This document shows positions 1-13,789 of a stretch of DNA of 64,000 nucleotides, piece by piece. Origin of the DNA: Mobula hypostoma (Eukaryota); the NCBI RefSeq assembly GCF_963921235.1, contig NC_086097.1, forward strand, positions 6,944,001-7,008,000. Direction: 5' to 3'. Under the pieces are notes generated by a model. That model saw only the letters and a list, made by a program, of their open reading frames with translations. It did not search any database and was not told where the DNA came from. Position numbers and translations under genes: made by a program. The first letter of the stretch is position 1, and each line of letters starts with the position of its first letter.

Positions 1-220
1 TATCTCTGTTCTAAATAGATACTCCTTTATTCTGAGGCTGTGTCCTCTGGCCCCAGAATACTCCACTATATAAAACATACTCCCCGCATCCAATCTATCA
101 AGACGTTTCAATATTCAAGAGGTTTCAGTGAAATCCCCCTTCATTCTTCTAAGGTCCCAGAGACATCGAACACTCCTCATAGGTTAACCCTTCCATTCTT
201 GGAATAATTCTTATGGACCT
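1..220 (-). mobile_element. CR1 fragment
   Basis: Reverse complement resembles the CR1 ORF2 3' regions elsewhere in the window; degraded. Confidence 0.65.
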
Positions 221-1369
221 CCTTGTGTGTGTGTGTGTGTGTAATTAGATTAATATTGCATGTTGACAGATGATTACAAAGTCCTTCCTTAAACTGCCCT
301 ATGAATCTCATCAAATAATTTGCTATATGTTTAAGGGGAGTTTTTCCCATTTTGATGTCCTCATCATCTTTCAGGTGTAAACTAGGGTGCTAGCTGTCCC
401 TAAAGGTGGGCAGCTATAAACACAACAAGGAAGAGACAGGTGTTTGGAAGGTGGAGTGGAGGGCAATATCCTAGCATTTTCTGGGAGAACATCTCTGGGA
501 AAACACTAGTTAAAGGCACACAATATCTTGGAATGTCATGACTTCTGGAAAATAATTATTTTATTTGTTGACATACAGTGCAGGAGAGGCCTTTCCATAC
601 CAACAAGCCGCACTGCCCAACAATCCTCCTATTTAACCCCAGCCTAATCAGAGGACAATTTACAATGACCAATGAACCTACTAACCAGTACGACTTTGGA
701 CTGTGGGAGGAAACTGGGGCAACCAGCGAAAACCCACATGCTCACGGGAAGTGTGTATAAACTGCTTACGGGCGGCAGCAGAACTGAACTCCAATCTCCA
801 ATGCCCGAGGATCAGAAATAACTAACCTTGGAGATTAATTTTTTTTTCCCAAACTGGGAAGACATGGAAATTATTCACTCTAGTTTTGATTCACACATTG
901 CTTTGTATTTAATCCCCACTCCTAACTGCCCTTGAGGAGAAAGTGGCAAACTACTTTTTTTTTATATAGCCACTGCAATTTTCTCGTGAAGGTACTCCCA
1001 CAGCGATGCTGAGTAGAGAATTGCAGGATTTAGACCCACCGACAGCAGAGGACATCAGGTTGGTGTGTGATTGCTGCGCTTGATAAATCTCCGAAATCTC
1101 AGTGTGGAGGGGGACGTTTAGTGCCCCCATGCTTGTGCTTTGGTTTTTAATTGAACATCAAATCATCTAAGTGTCACCGTTGGCTGAATAACCATGAATC
1201 TGAAGGTAATGGCTGAAGCCATTCTCCTTGAATAATCCAGGCAGCTATTTCAGTTAAGGGCTCAATTGACCAATAAGACCATGACTGACCTAGTGTTTGT
1301 CTTCAACATTATTTAGCCAGCTTTTTATTCCCCAATGTCAACCTTGAAAATACTTAATCAGAGCATGGC

Positions 1370-2180
1370 CATAGAAAAGTACAGCAAAGAAATAGACCCT
1401 TTGGCCCATCTAGTCCATGTCAAAGCATTTAAATTACCTACTTCCATCGACCTACACCGGCACCATAGCTCTTCACACAGTTGCCATCTATTTACCCATC
1501 GAAACTTTTCTTAAGTGCTGAAATCGAGCTCGCATGCACCACTTGCACTGGCAACTCATTCCACACTCTCACCACCCTCTGAGTGAAGAAGTTTTCCCTC
1601 CTTCCCCTTAAATGTTTCACCTTTCACCCTTAATCCATGACCTCTGGTTGTATTCCAACCAACCTCAGTGGAAAAAGCCTGCTTGCATTTACTCTCTCTA
1701 TGTTAACTGTTCTGGTTAACAACGGATGGTGCAATCTGGGTCATATTACGATCGAGGAACATGTTTGTAGACTGGATATTGAACTTTTTGCTGTTGGACT
1801 CCGGCCATATTCCACCGAGAAACAACACTGGGCGTCACGGGAGGTTGTTCCTGCCTATGGCCGTCGAACTTTGTAGCTCCTCCCATGGAGGGTCAGACAC
1901 CCTGAGCCAATAGGCTGGTCCTGGACTTATTTCCATCTGGCATAGTTTACATTTTGTTGTTTGATTGTTTGTGGTTTTTGTATTGCTATATTTATGCTCT
2001 ATTCTTGGTTGGTACGGCTGTAACGAAACCCAATTTCCCTCGGGATCAATAAAGTATATCTATCTATCTATACCCCTAATAACTTTGTATATCTCTATCA
2101 AACCTCCTCTCAATCTTTTATGTTCCAAGGAATAAAGTCCCAACTTATTCAATCTTTCTGTAAAACTCGGGTCATCCAGA
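1370..2180 (-). mobile_element. CR1 3' fragment (split by the 1702-2062 insert)
   Basis: ERLNKLGLYSLEHKRLRGGLIEIYKV motif; collinear with the 18765-19222 copy. Confidence 0.85.
1702..2062 (+). mobile_element. Internally deleted Rex1/Babar derivative inserted in a CR1
   Basis: APE-region peptide (VLVNNGWCN..DIELFAVGLRPY) fused at ~1810 directly to the Rex1 3' end also seen at 50450-50700; AATAAAGTA plus (TCTA)n tail. Confidence 0.7.
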
Positions 2181-2351
2181 TCTCTGTACTTTGTCTTACT
2201 TTTTCTCCAGAAGTTTCTCTGAGGTTGAGAAAATTCAGAGCACTCTGAGAAAAGGAACTCCACCTTAAAACAGCTTTAAATGATCAGAATCAGGTTTAAT
2301 ATCACTGGCATATGTCACAAAATTTGTTGTTTTTTAAGCAGCAGTACATAA

Positions 2352-3187
2352 TTTTTTTTTAATTTATTTTTTTTTGCTTAGCATAACAAAACTTCCAATT
2401 TCCAGTACAATTACATTTCTTCCCCTCAGATATCAGCTATCAGAACACTTCCATCAAAATATAGACATCACCACAGCGTCCTATACAAAAGCCCTTATTA
2501 GTATAGCAGACAAGTTTACATCTACATACTGCAGAAAAGATTGCCATGTTTTATGAAAACTATTTGCTTTTGAGTGTACGATACAAGTCAAAAAGTCCAA
2601 AGGAATGCATTTCATGATTAATTTACGCCAACCAAAAAGTCCAGGGGCCTTATTGAACACCGAAAAAAGTAAAATGTTCTGCCTTGCACAAAAGGTCAGG
2701 ATGTTAAAAAGATTTTTCTGATGTGCATTAATAATACGACTGCTGGGTAAGCCTAAGAGAAAAGACACTGGGTCCAGTTCAAGCTCCATCTTCAGAATCT
2801 TTTCCATTTCACCCAAAATATCACTCCAGTATGCCTGAAGTTTGGGACAAGTCCAAAAATAGTGGGTGAAAGTTCCAGTATTTATTTTACATTTAGAACA
2901 TATTGGAGAAACCCCTGTCTTAAATTTCGAGAGATGATCTGGAGTCAGATGGGCTCTATGCAGAATTTTGAGTTGCAATGCTTTAGTTCTATTACAAACT
3001 GAAATTTTCTTTGCATTATCACAGATGCCTTCCCATGTTTCAGCTGTAATTTCTGCTCCCAGTTCTTCCTCCCAGCTCTTCCCAACTGCTCAGCCTCTCC
3101 ACAAGAACATTCCCTCAGGATGCTGTAAAGAGTACTAATGCAGACGTCACCCTCAGAACAAAACACCCTCTTTATGTCAGAACTATA
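2352..3187 (-). mobile_element. 5'-truncated L1/Tx1-group LINE 3' end
   Basis: ORF2 C-terminal Cys-rich domain (LKILHRAHLTP..CSKC..THYFWTCPKL); poly-A tail (T-run ~2352-2374); TSD AGCAGTACATAA at ~2340 and ~3188. Confidence 0.88.
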
Positions 3188-3453
3188 AGCAGTACATAAT
3201 TTTTAAAAAAACTATAAATTATAAGAGGAAATGTATTAAGAACAATTAAATAAGTTCTGCAAAAGAGACAGCAAGCAAAAAATATTGAGGTAGTGTACTT
3301 GGGTTCATTGTCCATTCAAAAATGAACCCATTTTTCATTTTTATTGTTTGCATGATTTGTTTTTTTTTAAATCTCTGCACTTTGGGTGTTTGATGTTCCT
3401 CTTTTTTAAAACGGGTTCTTTTGGGTTTCTTTGTTTTACGGTTGCCTGTACGG

Positions 3454-4702
3454 CAGGGGTCCCCAACCTTTTTTGCACTGCAGACCGGTTTCATATTGAC
3501 AATATTCTTGCGGACTGGTCGACCCGGGGGGGGGGGGGGAGGTGGGGGTGGGTAGGGTTGCCAACAGGCAAGAATAGAGCCAAATATATTATTTACACCG
3601 TGAGACTACAATGACCATGAAGCCTTGCGCGGGCACCAGTGCACATGCCTGTATGTGCTGATTTTTTCTACAAATCGATTTTGGCGATTCTGTTGGCGGG
3701 GGGGGGGGGTGTTAATCATGACCGGAATATAGGTGATAAGTGGCTAATACACTCAATTTTGTTTCTAAAAGGGTTTATCTAACAAATTTAATATTAAACA
3801 CGCAGCACATATTTTCCTTGCATGAATATAGCGTTAAATCAATTATCAGGGAAGGACAGGGGAGCTTGAAGTAAGTGTTGAACGAACTTCCAGTAGAAGT
3901 GGTAGAGACAGGTTCGATATTATTTAAAGAAAAATTGGATAGGTATATGGACAGGAAAGGAATGGGGGGTAATGGGCTGAGTGCAGGTCAGTGGGACTAG
4001 CTGAGAGTAGCTTTCGGCACAGACTAGAAGGGCCGAGATGGCCTGTTTCCGTGCTGTAATTGTTATATGGTTATATAAGTAAGTCAATAGCATCATAACA
4101 TTTTAAGTAACACACATAATATATAACATGTGTGTTGCTTGAATTTCCAGCATCTGTAGCATTTTAAGTAACATTTGGATATTAAACACACAGCACATAT
4201 TTTCCCTGTATGAGCATATAAAATCATTGCAACACACCAATATCGCTGAATCAGTGAGAGCCCTGGGCTGAACGCTTGTTTCCCTGCAATAAGATGGTCC
4301 CATCGAGGGGTGATGGGAGACAGCGATACTCGAGCAGGGTTCCTTATGTCCAGTCTATTACGCAATTTGGTTTTCGTTGTATTCATTGCAGAGATATGTT
4401 GGAAATGGAAGCAACGTTTTCAGTGCTTTCGTGGCTATCTCAGGATATTTAGCCTTGACTTTGAGATCCAGAATGCCGGTAGAGATATTATGTCAAACGT
4501 ACTTTTCAGCCGGCCGTCATTTGCAAGTTCAAGAAGTTGATCTTCTTCCCACGCTGACATGGATGACGCGCTGGTAATGACCTCACATGCATAATGGTTC
4601 AACAGTGGAAAGGTGCAGCTGATTCCTATCGCCAAATCATATCGTTTCCTCGCAGCCCGGTAGCACGGTACCAGTCTGTGGCCCAGTGGTTGGGGACTGC
4701 TG
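3454..4702 (-). mobile_element. Non-autonomous hAT (Buster/Charlie-like) element
   Basis: TIRs CAGGGGTCCCCAACC / GGTTGGGGACTGCTG; TSD CTGTACGG / CTGTAAGG; C-terminal transposase remnant (LLELANDGRLK..LPAFW, KTKLRNRLD); includes a CR1 3' piece at ~3880-4075. Confidence 0.9.
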
Positions 4703-5334
4703 CTGTAAGGAGACAAATCTCAAGGCTGTATAATCTATACAAACTTTGGATAATAAATGTACTTTGAACTTGGAACTTTGATGGTGGAGAAGAAGCTGTT
4801 TCTGAAATGTCGATTGGGTGCCTTTAGACTCTTGTACCTCCTCCTTGTTGGTAGCAATGATTAAAGATAATGCCTATTTTTTATGCACACTTCACCAATC
4901 TTCCTTCCTGAGACATTCCTTCCTTTACATGCTGGACCTTTGGGTAAATGTATTGATCAGTAAAGACATGGAAGATTGCAGTGTGGGAACAGGCCATTCA
5001 GCCCACAATATTTCTGCCAACCATGGTTCCAATCAAAACTAATCCCACCTTCCTTCACGTGATCCATATATCCAACCTTCACCTGTTCATGTACAGTAAA
5101 TGTCTAAAAGCCTCTTACATGATACTAATGTACCTCTTTTGTCCAACTCACCTGGTAGTACATACCACTTGATATGTAAAATTACTTTGTCTTCTCCTTT
5201 AAATATTTCCCTCTCACCCTAAGGGTAAACTCTCTCGTATTTGGTATGCTACAAAAGACTTGTAAATTCTACAGATGTAAGGACAGAGAACAGTCAGGCC
5301 TGTGATATCATTGCCTCGTGTAGAGGTTCTAAAG

Positions 5335-5822
5335 CAGGGGTCCCAACCTGGGATCTACAGACACCTTGTCTAATATAACCATATAACAATTACAACACGG
5401 AAACAGGCCATCTCGGCCCTTCTAGTCTATGCCAAACTCTTATTCTCACCTAGTCCCACCGACCTGCACTCAGCCCATAACCCTCCATTCCTTTCCTGTC
5501 CATATATCTATCCAATTTAACTTTAAATGACAACATCGAACCTGTCTCAACCACTTCTGCTGGAAGCTCGTTTCACACAGTTACCACTCTGAGTAAAGAA
5601 GTTCCCCCTCATGTTACCCCTAAACTTTTGCCCTTTAACTCTCAACTCATGTCTTCTTGTTTGAATCTCCCCCACTCTCAATGAAAAAACCTATCCACGT
5701 CAACTCTATCTATCCCCCTCATAATTTTAAACACCTCTATCAAGTCCCCCCGCAACCTTCTACGCTCCAAAGAATAAAGGCCTAACTTGTTCAACCATGC
5801 AATAAAAAGGTTAGAAAGCCTG
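5335..5822. mobile_element. Small hAT MITE containing a young minus-strand CR1 3' end (~5373-5795)
   Basis: CAGGGGTCCCAACC...GGTTAGAAAGCCTG termini; flanks TTCTAAAG / CTCTAATG; splits a Rex1-like fragment. Confidence 0.65.
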
Positions 5823-6254
5823 CTCTAATGGCGGAGTCTAAATGGATAGAGTCAGCCAGATCCATCAACTCTCCCTGCTACTGAGGACGGCTTCAAAAGG
5901 CAGTGTTTCAGAATTGTCACGAAGGAGCCTCACTATATGAACCATGCTCTCTTCTCGTTAATGCCACTGGGGAGGGGGTACAGGAGCCTGAAAACACACA
6001 TTCAACATCTTAGTAACAGCTTCTTTCCCTCCATCATCAGATTTCTAAAAGTTCCAGAACCAATGAATGCTACCTAGCGATTCAATTTTTGTACCATTTG
6101 CTAATTATTTTTGTAACCATTGAAATAGTGTTGTTCATGTGTTGCACTGTTCCATTTCCACAAAACAACACATTTCCTGACATATACCAGGGATATTAAA
6201 TGCGAGTCTGATTTGACATTTCTACATTTGCAGCAATAGACTCCATCTATCCTG

Positions 6255-6810
6255 TATCTGAGGCCTCCGTTGGTCAGGGATCACCGTGTGTTCTACCTGT
6301 CTAGGTATGCAAGCCTGGGCAGTACGATATGGACAGCAAGCTGTTGCCCATGTAGCAACCTGCCTCTCTCCACACATCTAATGAACCCAAAGGAATGGCA
6401 GAGACTTAAACAGTTTGACACCAGCAGCGTGCAGGAGTTGTCAACGTAAGACTGCCTTAGGGACTCCAGCTCTGAACTTCCCTTGGGGTTTGCTACTGAA
6501 ACCTTCCCAATGAGTGGGTATAGCTGTAAGGCAGTAGAGGTTTGAGATCCATGCTTTCTTTCTCCTAGATGAGCTGCTAAACATGGCTGACGAACCCCAT
6601 CTACCTGAAGTGACTGGTTTTCAGGTGTCAGTAACCCACCTTTGCCCTTTCTCCTGTCAGTAAAAACGGTTTCACCAGGCTTAGTAGCTAAGCTACATAT
6701 GAAGAACTTGGTTGTCAGAAGGTATTTGAGACACACGCCATTGGGAGAGTTTAGTAGGTAGTGGGACCTTATCCCCATTACCACGCCTCGGCTATAACAA
6801 CCTTAAGCAA
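6255..6810 (-). mobile_element. RTE-related non-autonomous repeat
   Basis: Resembles RTE/Expander 5' UTR-type sequence; related degraded pieces at ~35150-35470, ~36200-36450 and ~59770-60250. Recognition only. Confidence 0.45.
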
Positions 6811-7924
6811 CCCTACCCCATCAATGACTCTTATAATTTCATGTTGTCCCTTAGCCTCCAACACTCCAAAAAGAAAATAATTTACGTTTGTCTGCTTGGT
6901 CGTGCACATGAATAGAACAGATCCAGAGGAATATGGATCAAAAGCAGGCAAACGAGATCAGCCCAGATGTGAACTCCAGTCAGCGTGGTTGAGTTTGAAG
7001 CTAAATCAGCTATGCTGGAATAGGACCAAGTCCAACGTGCATTATTGTTTGGTCAGTTGTGGGTGGAGGTGTTGTAATTGATGGCCATTCTTGTAGTTAG
7101 GGGTGATGAGAACATATGACATTGCTGATACCTGTTCCTGAGAGACAGCCATTACTTTTAAATTGGAAATGTGAGAGTATTTATTGATAAAGTGTGGAAT
7201 CAGCCCTTCGAGCCATGCCACCCAGCAATCCCCCAATTTAACCCGAGCCTAATCACAGAGCAATTTACAATGATCAATTACCTTACCACCCGGTATGTGT
7301 TTGGACTGAGAGGGGAATCCGGAGCACCCGGAGAAAACCCATGTACAAACAGGTACAAACTTCTGACAAGCAGCGGCAGGAAATGAATTGGGGTCACCTT
7401 CGCTACCACTACGCTACCGTGACAAGACATGACCAAGATCAGAAGTAACTTAGTTACACCCACCTCCTCTGACAGGGCTTTCATCGTGAACAGAGGAAAA
7501 CACAGGACACAGAGCTGCAGTAGGCCATCTGACCTACTTATCTGCTTTGCGATCAGTAAATCAAGGCTAATTTCCCTCCTCAGAGCCACTTTCCTACATC
7601 ATCCCCATATGTTCACCTCATATCTGAAAAAGCTGGGTCTGTCTTGAATAAGTCTCTAAAGGCTTGTTAGGTAGGTAAGACCAGCGATTTAGCCCTCTCA
7701 GGGCAAAAGAAAAAAAATGTTTTCATCTCCATGCTGAATGGCTATCTTGAGATTGTGATCACTTTTCCCAAGCAGTAATGCTGCTCAGCACTCCCACCCT
7801 CTAATTCAACACCCCCCCCCACACCTCTCACCACCACTACTTCATAATTTTCTGTCAGAATCACCATTTGTACAGACACTCCTGTGCCTTGTGTCACCTC
7901 ATGGACAAACAATCAATCTATTAT

Positions 7925-8095
7925 CAAAGTTGCTGGTGAACACAGCAGGCCAGGCAGCATCTGTAGGAAGAGGTACAGTCGAAATTTCAGGCCGAGGTCT
8001 CCAGGCCTCGGATGCTGCCTAGCCTGCTGCATTCACCAGCAACTTTTATGTGTGTTGCTTGAAATTCCAGCATCTGCAGATTTCCTTGTGTTTGT
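7925..8095. repeat. Short Penelope-derived inverted-repeat element (others at ~8955-9130, 20655-20830, 21791-21920, 36900-37040, 37692-37790, 41925-42390)
   Basis: TGCTGG..CAGCAGGCCAGGCAGCATC arm followed by its reverse complement; same sequence as the Penelope 3' end at 38605-38700. Confidence 0.75.
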
Positions 8096-10025
8096 GAATC
8101 TATTATCAAAGCTATCTAATGTATATATATTTATTGTTATTTTTATAATTGTATTCTTTATCTTACTTTGTTTTGGTTGATGCAGAGTAACAATTATTTT
8201 ATTCTTCTCTACACTGGAAATGGCATTAAACGACCTTAAATCTAAAGCAACAGACACAAAATACTAGCGGAACTCAGGAGGTCAGGTAGCAGTTACAGAA
8301 ATAAATTCAGGCTGAAACCTTTCTCTTGATTTTAGACATCCCAATGAAAGAAAGCATAAATTCCACACCAACCCCATCAAGCCCCATAATTAGACACCCA
8401 AGAGGGAATACGTAGTTCTTACTACCTGTATAGCAATATCCAAGTACAACTGGAGGGGGCAGTGGAAATTAAAATGATGATTAAACTAAATGACATAACT
8501 CAATTAGCGCCCCAAAGAAATTTATCAGAAAGATCATATGTGACCTTTGTTAGACTACAAGTAATTCTCAGAGACAAAGGGAGAGAAAAGATTAGAATAT
8601 ACAGAAATGATAACTAAATTGTCCTTTTAAATCTTCCAAATGTCAGCAAAATGATCCATTGCTTCCCATATTGTAAAAGATAATGCTGCTGGCTTGGGCT
8701 TTAATCTGTATATACAAGTACTTTTGTTTGATATGTTGTGGTGTTTGAATTCATTTGAAACATCCTGCCCAAAAAAAATTATTCTGTGAAGCTTTAAAAA
8801 AAAATGCTGGAAACACTTAGCAAATTAGACACCATCTATGGAGAGAGACATGGAGTTAATAATTTAGATCTTGCATTGGACTTTCTCCAGAGCTGTCGCA
8901 TTTTTGCTTTGTATCGTTGTTTACTCAGTTTACCATATAACATACCAGAGAACCAGAGAAACTCAGGGGGTCAAATGTCATCTGTGGGAGGAAAGGAATT
9001 GTTGACGTTTTGGGTCAATCCTGATGCAGGGTTTTGACACTCCCTTTCCTCTCGCAGATACTGCTCGGCCCACTGAGTTCCTCCAGCAGATCACTTGTTG
9101 CTCAGAATTCCAGCATCTGCAGCCTCGTGTCCCCTTTGCATTCCAACAATAAGGCATGGGCTGTGGTCAGGTTTTAATGTGGGTGGTGTTTGTGACAGGG
9201 ACTAGTTCAGACAGGCTAGAATCTCCATAGATCAACAGAAGTACAACATAGATTTAATGGCCAAGCTGTCTTCCTTAACTATAGTCAATGTTTAAAATAA
9301 TGTTGCATAAATGAAAGAGGAAGCAACATATAATTTATATTCACTTGAAATAAATTTATTTATTTTATTTAGAGCTGCAGCATGGTAACAGGCCTATCCA
9401 GCCTAACAAGCCCACACCACCAAATTACTCCTACGTGACCAGTGAACCTACTAACCAGTACATGTTTGGAAAGAGGGGGGTGGGGGAGAACTGGAGCACC
9501 CCGAGCAAACTCAAGCATACAGCATTGTTTAGTTATTTATTGATTGAGATAAGATGTGGAACAGTGTTGGGTTTCAGTGGGACTCAAGTGCAGACCAATG
9601 AATACTTTTTCACCAGGATTCTATTAGGGAGCACAAAGGCGACAGTCTTTCAAAAACAGAAGGCAGGCACGAATCCGAAATGGCAGGCAGAGGTCTTACC
9701 AAGGCAGTCAGGCGAGGGCAGACAATCCAGAGCATACAGGCAAAAATCAGGTCCAAGAACAGGCAAAATCCAAAACACAGAATCAGGCAAAATCGGTTGG
9801 CAGAAGTCACAATGACAGGCTAGAACGACACAGGTCAGAATTGGAACGAACTGGCAGAGAATGCCTGTCTGTCTGTATCTTGTTTTACGGTGGTTGGCAT
9901 CCAGCTTAATGGTGCATTACCGCCAGCCTCTGCTCCAGAATGTGCACTAGACATACATTCTAAATCCCTTCACCCGATCGCACACCCATCTTTGACCATC
10001 CTAGTATCCTATTCCTGTTTATTCA

Positions 10026-13000
10026 TCATATTCTATAAAAAACCCCTGTACCCCTTAAAAACGCCAAAAATACCCGGACTTGTGCTCTCTCACCCATGCC
10101 CAGCAACCCTTTTAATGTGAATTCCTGCATCCCCAACTCCCTTAATTTATTTCTCATCATCTCTCTCTGTATCCCATACTTCCTGCAACACAAAACTACA
10201 TGTTCTACTGACTCCTCTTCCTGACATCCCTCACATAATCCTGTCTGGTGTTTCCCTATCATTTTCAATGTTTTGTTTAATGCACAGTGCCCCAGTCTTA
10301 ATCTAGTCCACACAATTTCCTCTCTTCTGTTTCCATTACCTACCCTAGTAACTGCAACACTCTTTTGTATTTGATATAAATGCCTCCCTTTCCCCTCCCT
10401 GTCCCATCTTTCTTGCCACATTCGGTTGACTTTTTCCCAGATTACACACTTAACCTCTGCTTTACTGATACTAATGTGCATTTCCACATTTTCTTTCTTT
10501 AACGCCCTCTTTGCCAACTCATCCACCCTCTCATTCCCCTTCACCCCTACCTGTGCTGGAACCCATAGAAATTTTACCTGACCTCCCTGATTTGCAATTC
10601 TTATAACTAACTGAAGGACTTCATAAAGTACATCTTGCCGACTGTTTGTGTGAAAAGACCTTAAACTTGCTAGAACTGAGAATGAATCTGAACATAAAAA
10701 TGCTTTGGCTTGTCTGGCTTTCTGCACCCATTGCAATGCAACCAACACTGCTAGCATCTCCACTGTAAACACCCCTAACTGATTAGATGTTCTTCTGCTG
10801 ATTCCAATTTCTTTTGCTGGTATTACCACCCCAAACCCTGTCACTCCTGTTTCAGGTTCCTTCGCACCATCTGTATAAATGTGAGTATAATCACTATACT
10901 TTTCCATCACATGACAGTTAAATGCATTTACCAAATCTGCTTTATATCTTTCTTTCCTTTTTACCTCTAACAAATCCCAGTCTATGTCAGGCCATACAAG
11001 CTTCCATGGAGCTACAACCGGATAAACTACTGAAGGACTTATCCTCAGATCAAATACTCCACATTCTTTCGCAATATCATTCCCTACCCGACTAAAGGTA
11101 TCCCTCTGAAACCTCCCATTTTCCCAGCACTCCTGCAACACTCCTTTAGTCGGGTGAGAATCATTGTGCCCCTGCAAATTAGCCCAGTAGTTTGCCATCA
11201 GTTGCATCCTTCTTAGTTCCAAAGGCATTATTCCCATTTCTACCTGTAGTGCTGACACTGGTGAGGTTTTAAAAGCCCCACTGCACACTCTCAAGGCCTG
11301 AGCCTGAATCACATCCAGTTTCCTTATAAGAGACCTAGCTGCTGATCCATATACTATATTTCCATAATCCAATACAGATCTTACTAAAGCCACATACATT
11401 CTCTTCAAAGCTGAACAACTTGCTCCCCATTCCCTACCAGTCAAAAATCTCATCACATTTATTACTTTTTTACATTTCTCCTCAACTTTCCTGATATGGT
11501 CTGCCCATGTTAATCGTGAATCAAATATAACTCCCAGAAATTTAAATGATGCAACCCTTTCTAATTCAACCCCATTCATCCTTAACTTCTTCCCTACCTC
11601 AATTCTTTTCCTGGAAAAAATACAGTTTGAGTTTTGTCTACTGAAAATCTACATCCCCAATCATAACCCCACTCCACCACTTCATCAATTGCTTCTTGTA
11701 GTTTCCTGATTATATGGTCCATGTTCCTGCCTCTTTTCCACAAGGCCCCATCATCCGCAAACAGTGACCTACCTATATCCACTGGTACCTTTGTGAAGAC
11801 ATCATTGATCGTAATGATGAAAAGTAACGGGCTAATCACACTACCTTGAGGTGTGCCATTTTTCACTATGTACTGTTTTGATAATTCTGATCCAATCCGA
11901 ACTTGAATTTTTCTACCAAACAAAAAATCTTTAATCCAATTAAAAACTCTCCCACCAACCCCCATCTTGTGCAGTTTAATTAATAATCCTTCCTTCCACA
12001 TCATATCATAGGCTTTTTCAATGTCGAAGAACACTGCCACTACTGACTCTCTATTTGCCTGGGCCTTCCTTATTTCAGTCTCTAACATAATCACTGAGTC
12101 CATGGAATTCCTTCCCTTTCTAAAACCACTCTGATAACTTGCCAGCATTCCCCTTTTCTCAAGCTCATATGATAACCTTTCTGTTATCATCCTTTCCATT
12201 ATCTTACATATACTTGATGTTAATGCAATTGGTCTGTAGCTAGTGGGTTTTGACAGATCCTTGCCAGGCTTCCTTATTGGAATTAGTACTGCTTCTTTCC
12301 ATGCACTTGGTAATCTTCCCTCCTCCCACATTCTGTTAAAAAAATGCAGCAACTTCAAGAGTGCTCCTTCTCCTAGATTTTTTTAGCATCACAGAGCATA
12401 TCAGATCTTTCCCTGGGGAGGTTGGTCTTGATCTCTTTATTGCTTTCACCATTTCTGCTAATGTAAATGGATCATCAATTATATCATCTGTTCCTTCCCT
12501 CCTGCTTAACACACCTGGGTGTTGGCTCATTATTCTTTCCCTTCTTCTTCTCCCTTCTTCAGACAAATTTTCTGAACTGTGTATCAGTACAAATGACTTG
12601 GCCATGACCTCAGCCTTATCCCTACTGGAGACTGCAGCTTCCTCCTCAGATATCATTACTGGATATTCCCATTCCCTTCTATCTCCTCCCATCCTCTTAA
12701 TCATTCCCCATATCTCTCCCACAGGTGTTGTTCTTCCTACTTTGTCGCAAAAACTCCTCCAACTTGCCCTTTTAGCTTGATGTATAGTTCTTCTCACCAC
12801 TGCCTGTGCTTTCTTATATTGAACCAAATGCTGCATATTATGGGTTCTTTTAACTAGCCTGAATGCTCTATTTCTGTTTTTTACAGCCTGACAACATTCC
12901 TCTGTCCACCATGGTACCAGTTTTCTATTCATCCTATTTTTACTCCTAGGTATAGATCCTTCTGCTGCCATGATAATTGCTGAAGTCACCTGACTGTTTA

Positions 13001-13781
13001 ATTCATCTACATTTCCAGAAATATCAATCTTTATCAACTCTTCTTCACTCAACTTCTGGAACTTACCCCAATCAGCTTTTTCAAACACCCATTTTGGGGT
13101 TCCGCCACCTGGTCTTACTTCAACTCTTTCACCCACTGAACACAAAACTGGGTAGTGATCACTGCCTACTGTTGAAGCAGTCCAAACTCCCCAGTTACTA
13201 ATGCCAGCCAAGGTATTAGACACTAACGTAATATCTAACACTGACTCAGTTCCTGTTGTTATATCTATCCTTGTGCTGCTACCATCATTCATACACACCA
13301 AATCCCTTTCTTCCATCAAATCTTCAATTACCTTTCCATTTGGATCTGTAATCTGATCCCCCCATATTGTGCTATGAGCATTGAAATCTGCACACCACAC
13401 TACTTTATGTCTGTTTTGTCCTTGTATCTTTAATAGGCTGTCCAAATCCAACCTTTTACATGGATTGTAGTAGTTAATTATAACCACTCCCTCCCCTCTC
13501 TCCCACACTTCCACCACTATGTATTCCTGATCATCTCCTTTTTCCAGTACCCTATATGGTATACCTTGCTTGATTAACATAGCACAACTCCCTCCTCCCC
13601 CTAGATTTCTATCTTTCCTTATCATTGTATACCCATATACCACAAAGTCTAAAGTTGATTTTAACCAAGTTTCCTGAATATACACTACATCCGGTTTTAC
13701 AACCATTTCTTTAATAAAGTGCTTGAATTCCTGGCTATTGGCCAGTAAGCTCCTTGCATTCCATTGTAAAAGAATCACCAT
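10026..13781 (-). pseudogene. Nimb ORF2: AP endonuclease - reverse transcriptase - RNase H - CCHC, split by two frameshifts
   Basis: APE (LQWNARSL, IQETWL, ADFNAH, GSDHYPV); RT (SYRPIALTS, FFDIEKAYD, GTPQGSVISP, FADD); RNase H (YTDG, VEMLA, CSDS, WVPAQVGVKGNERVD); CEGC..EHVVLCC. Frameshifts at ~12380 and ~11605, with no in-frame stops inside the three segments. Confidence 0.92.
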
Positions 13782-13789
13782 AATTAGTA

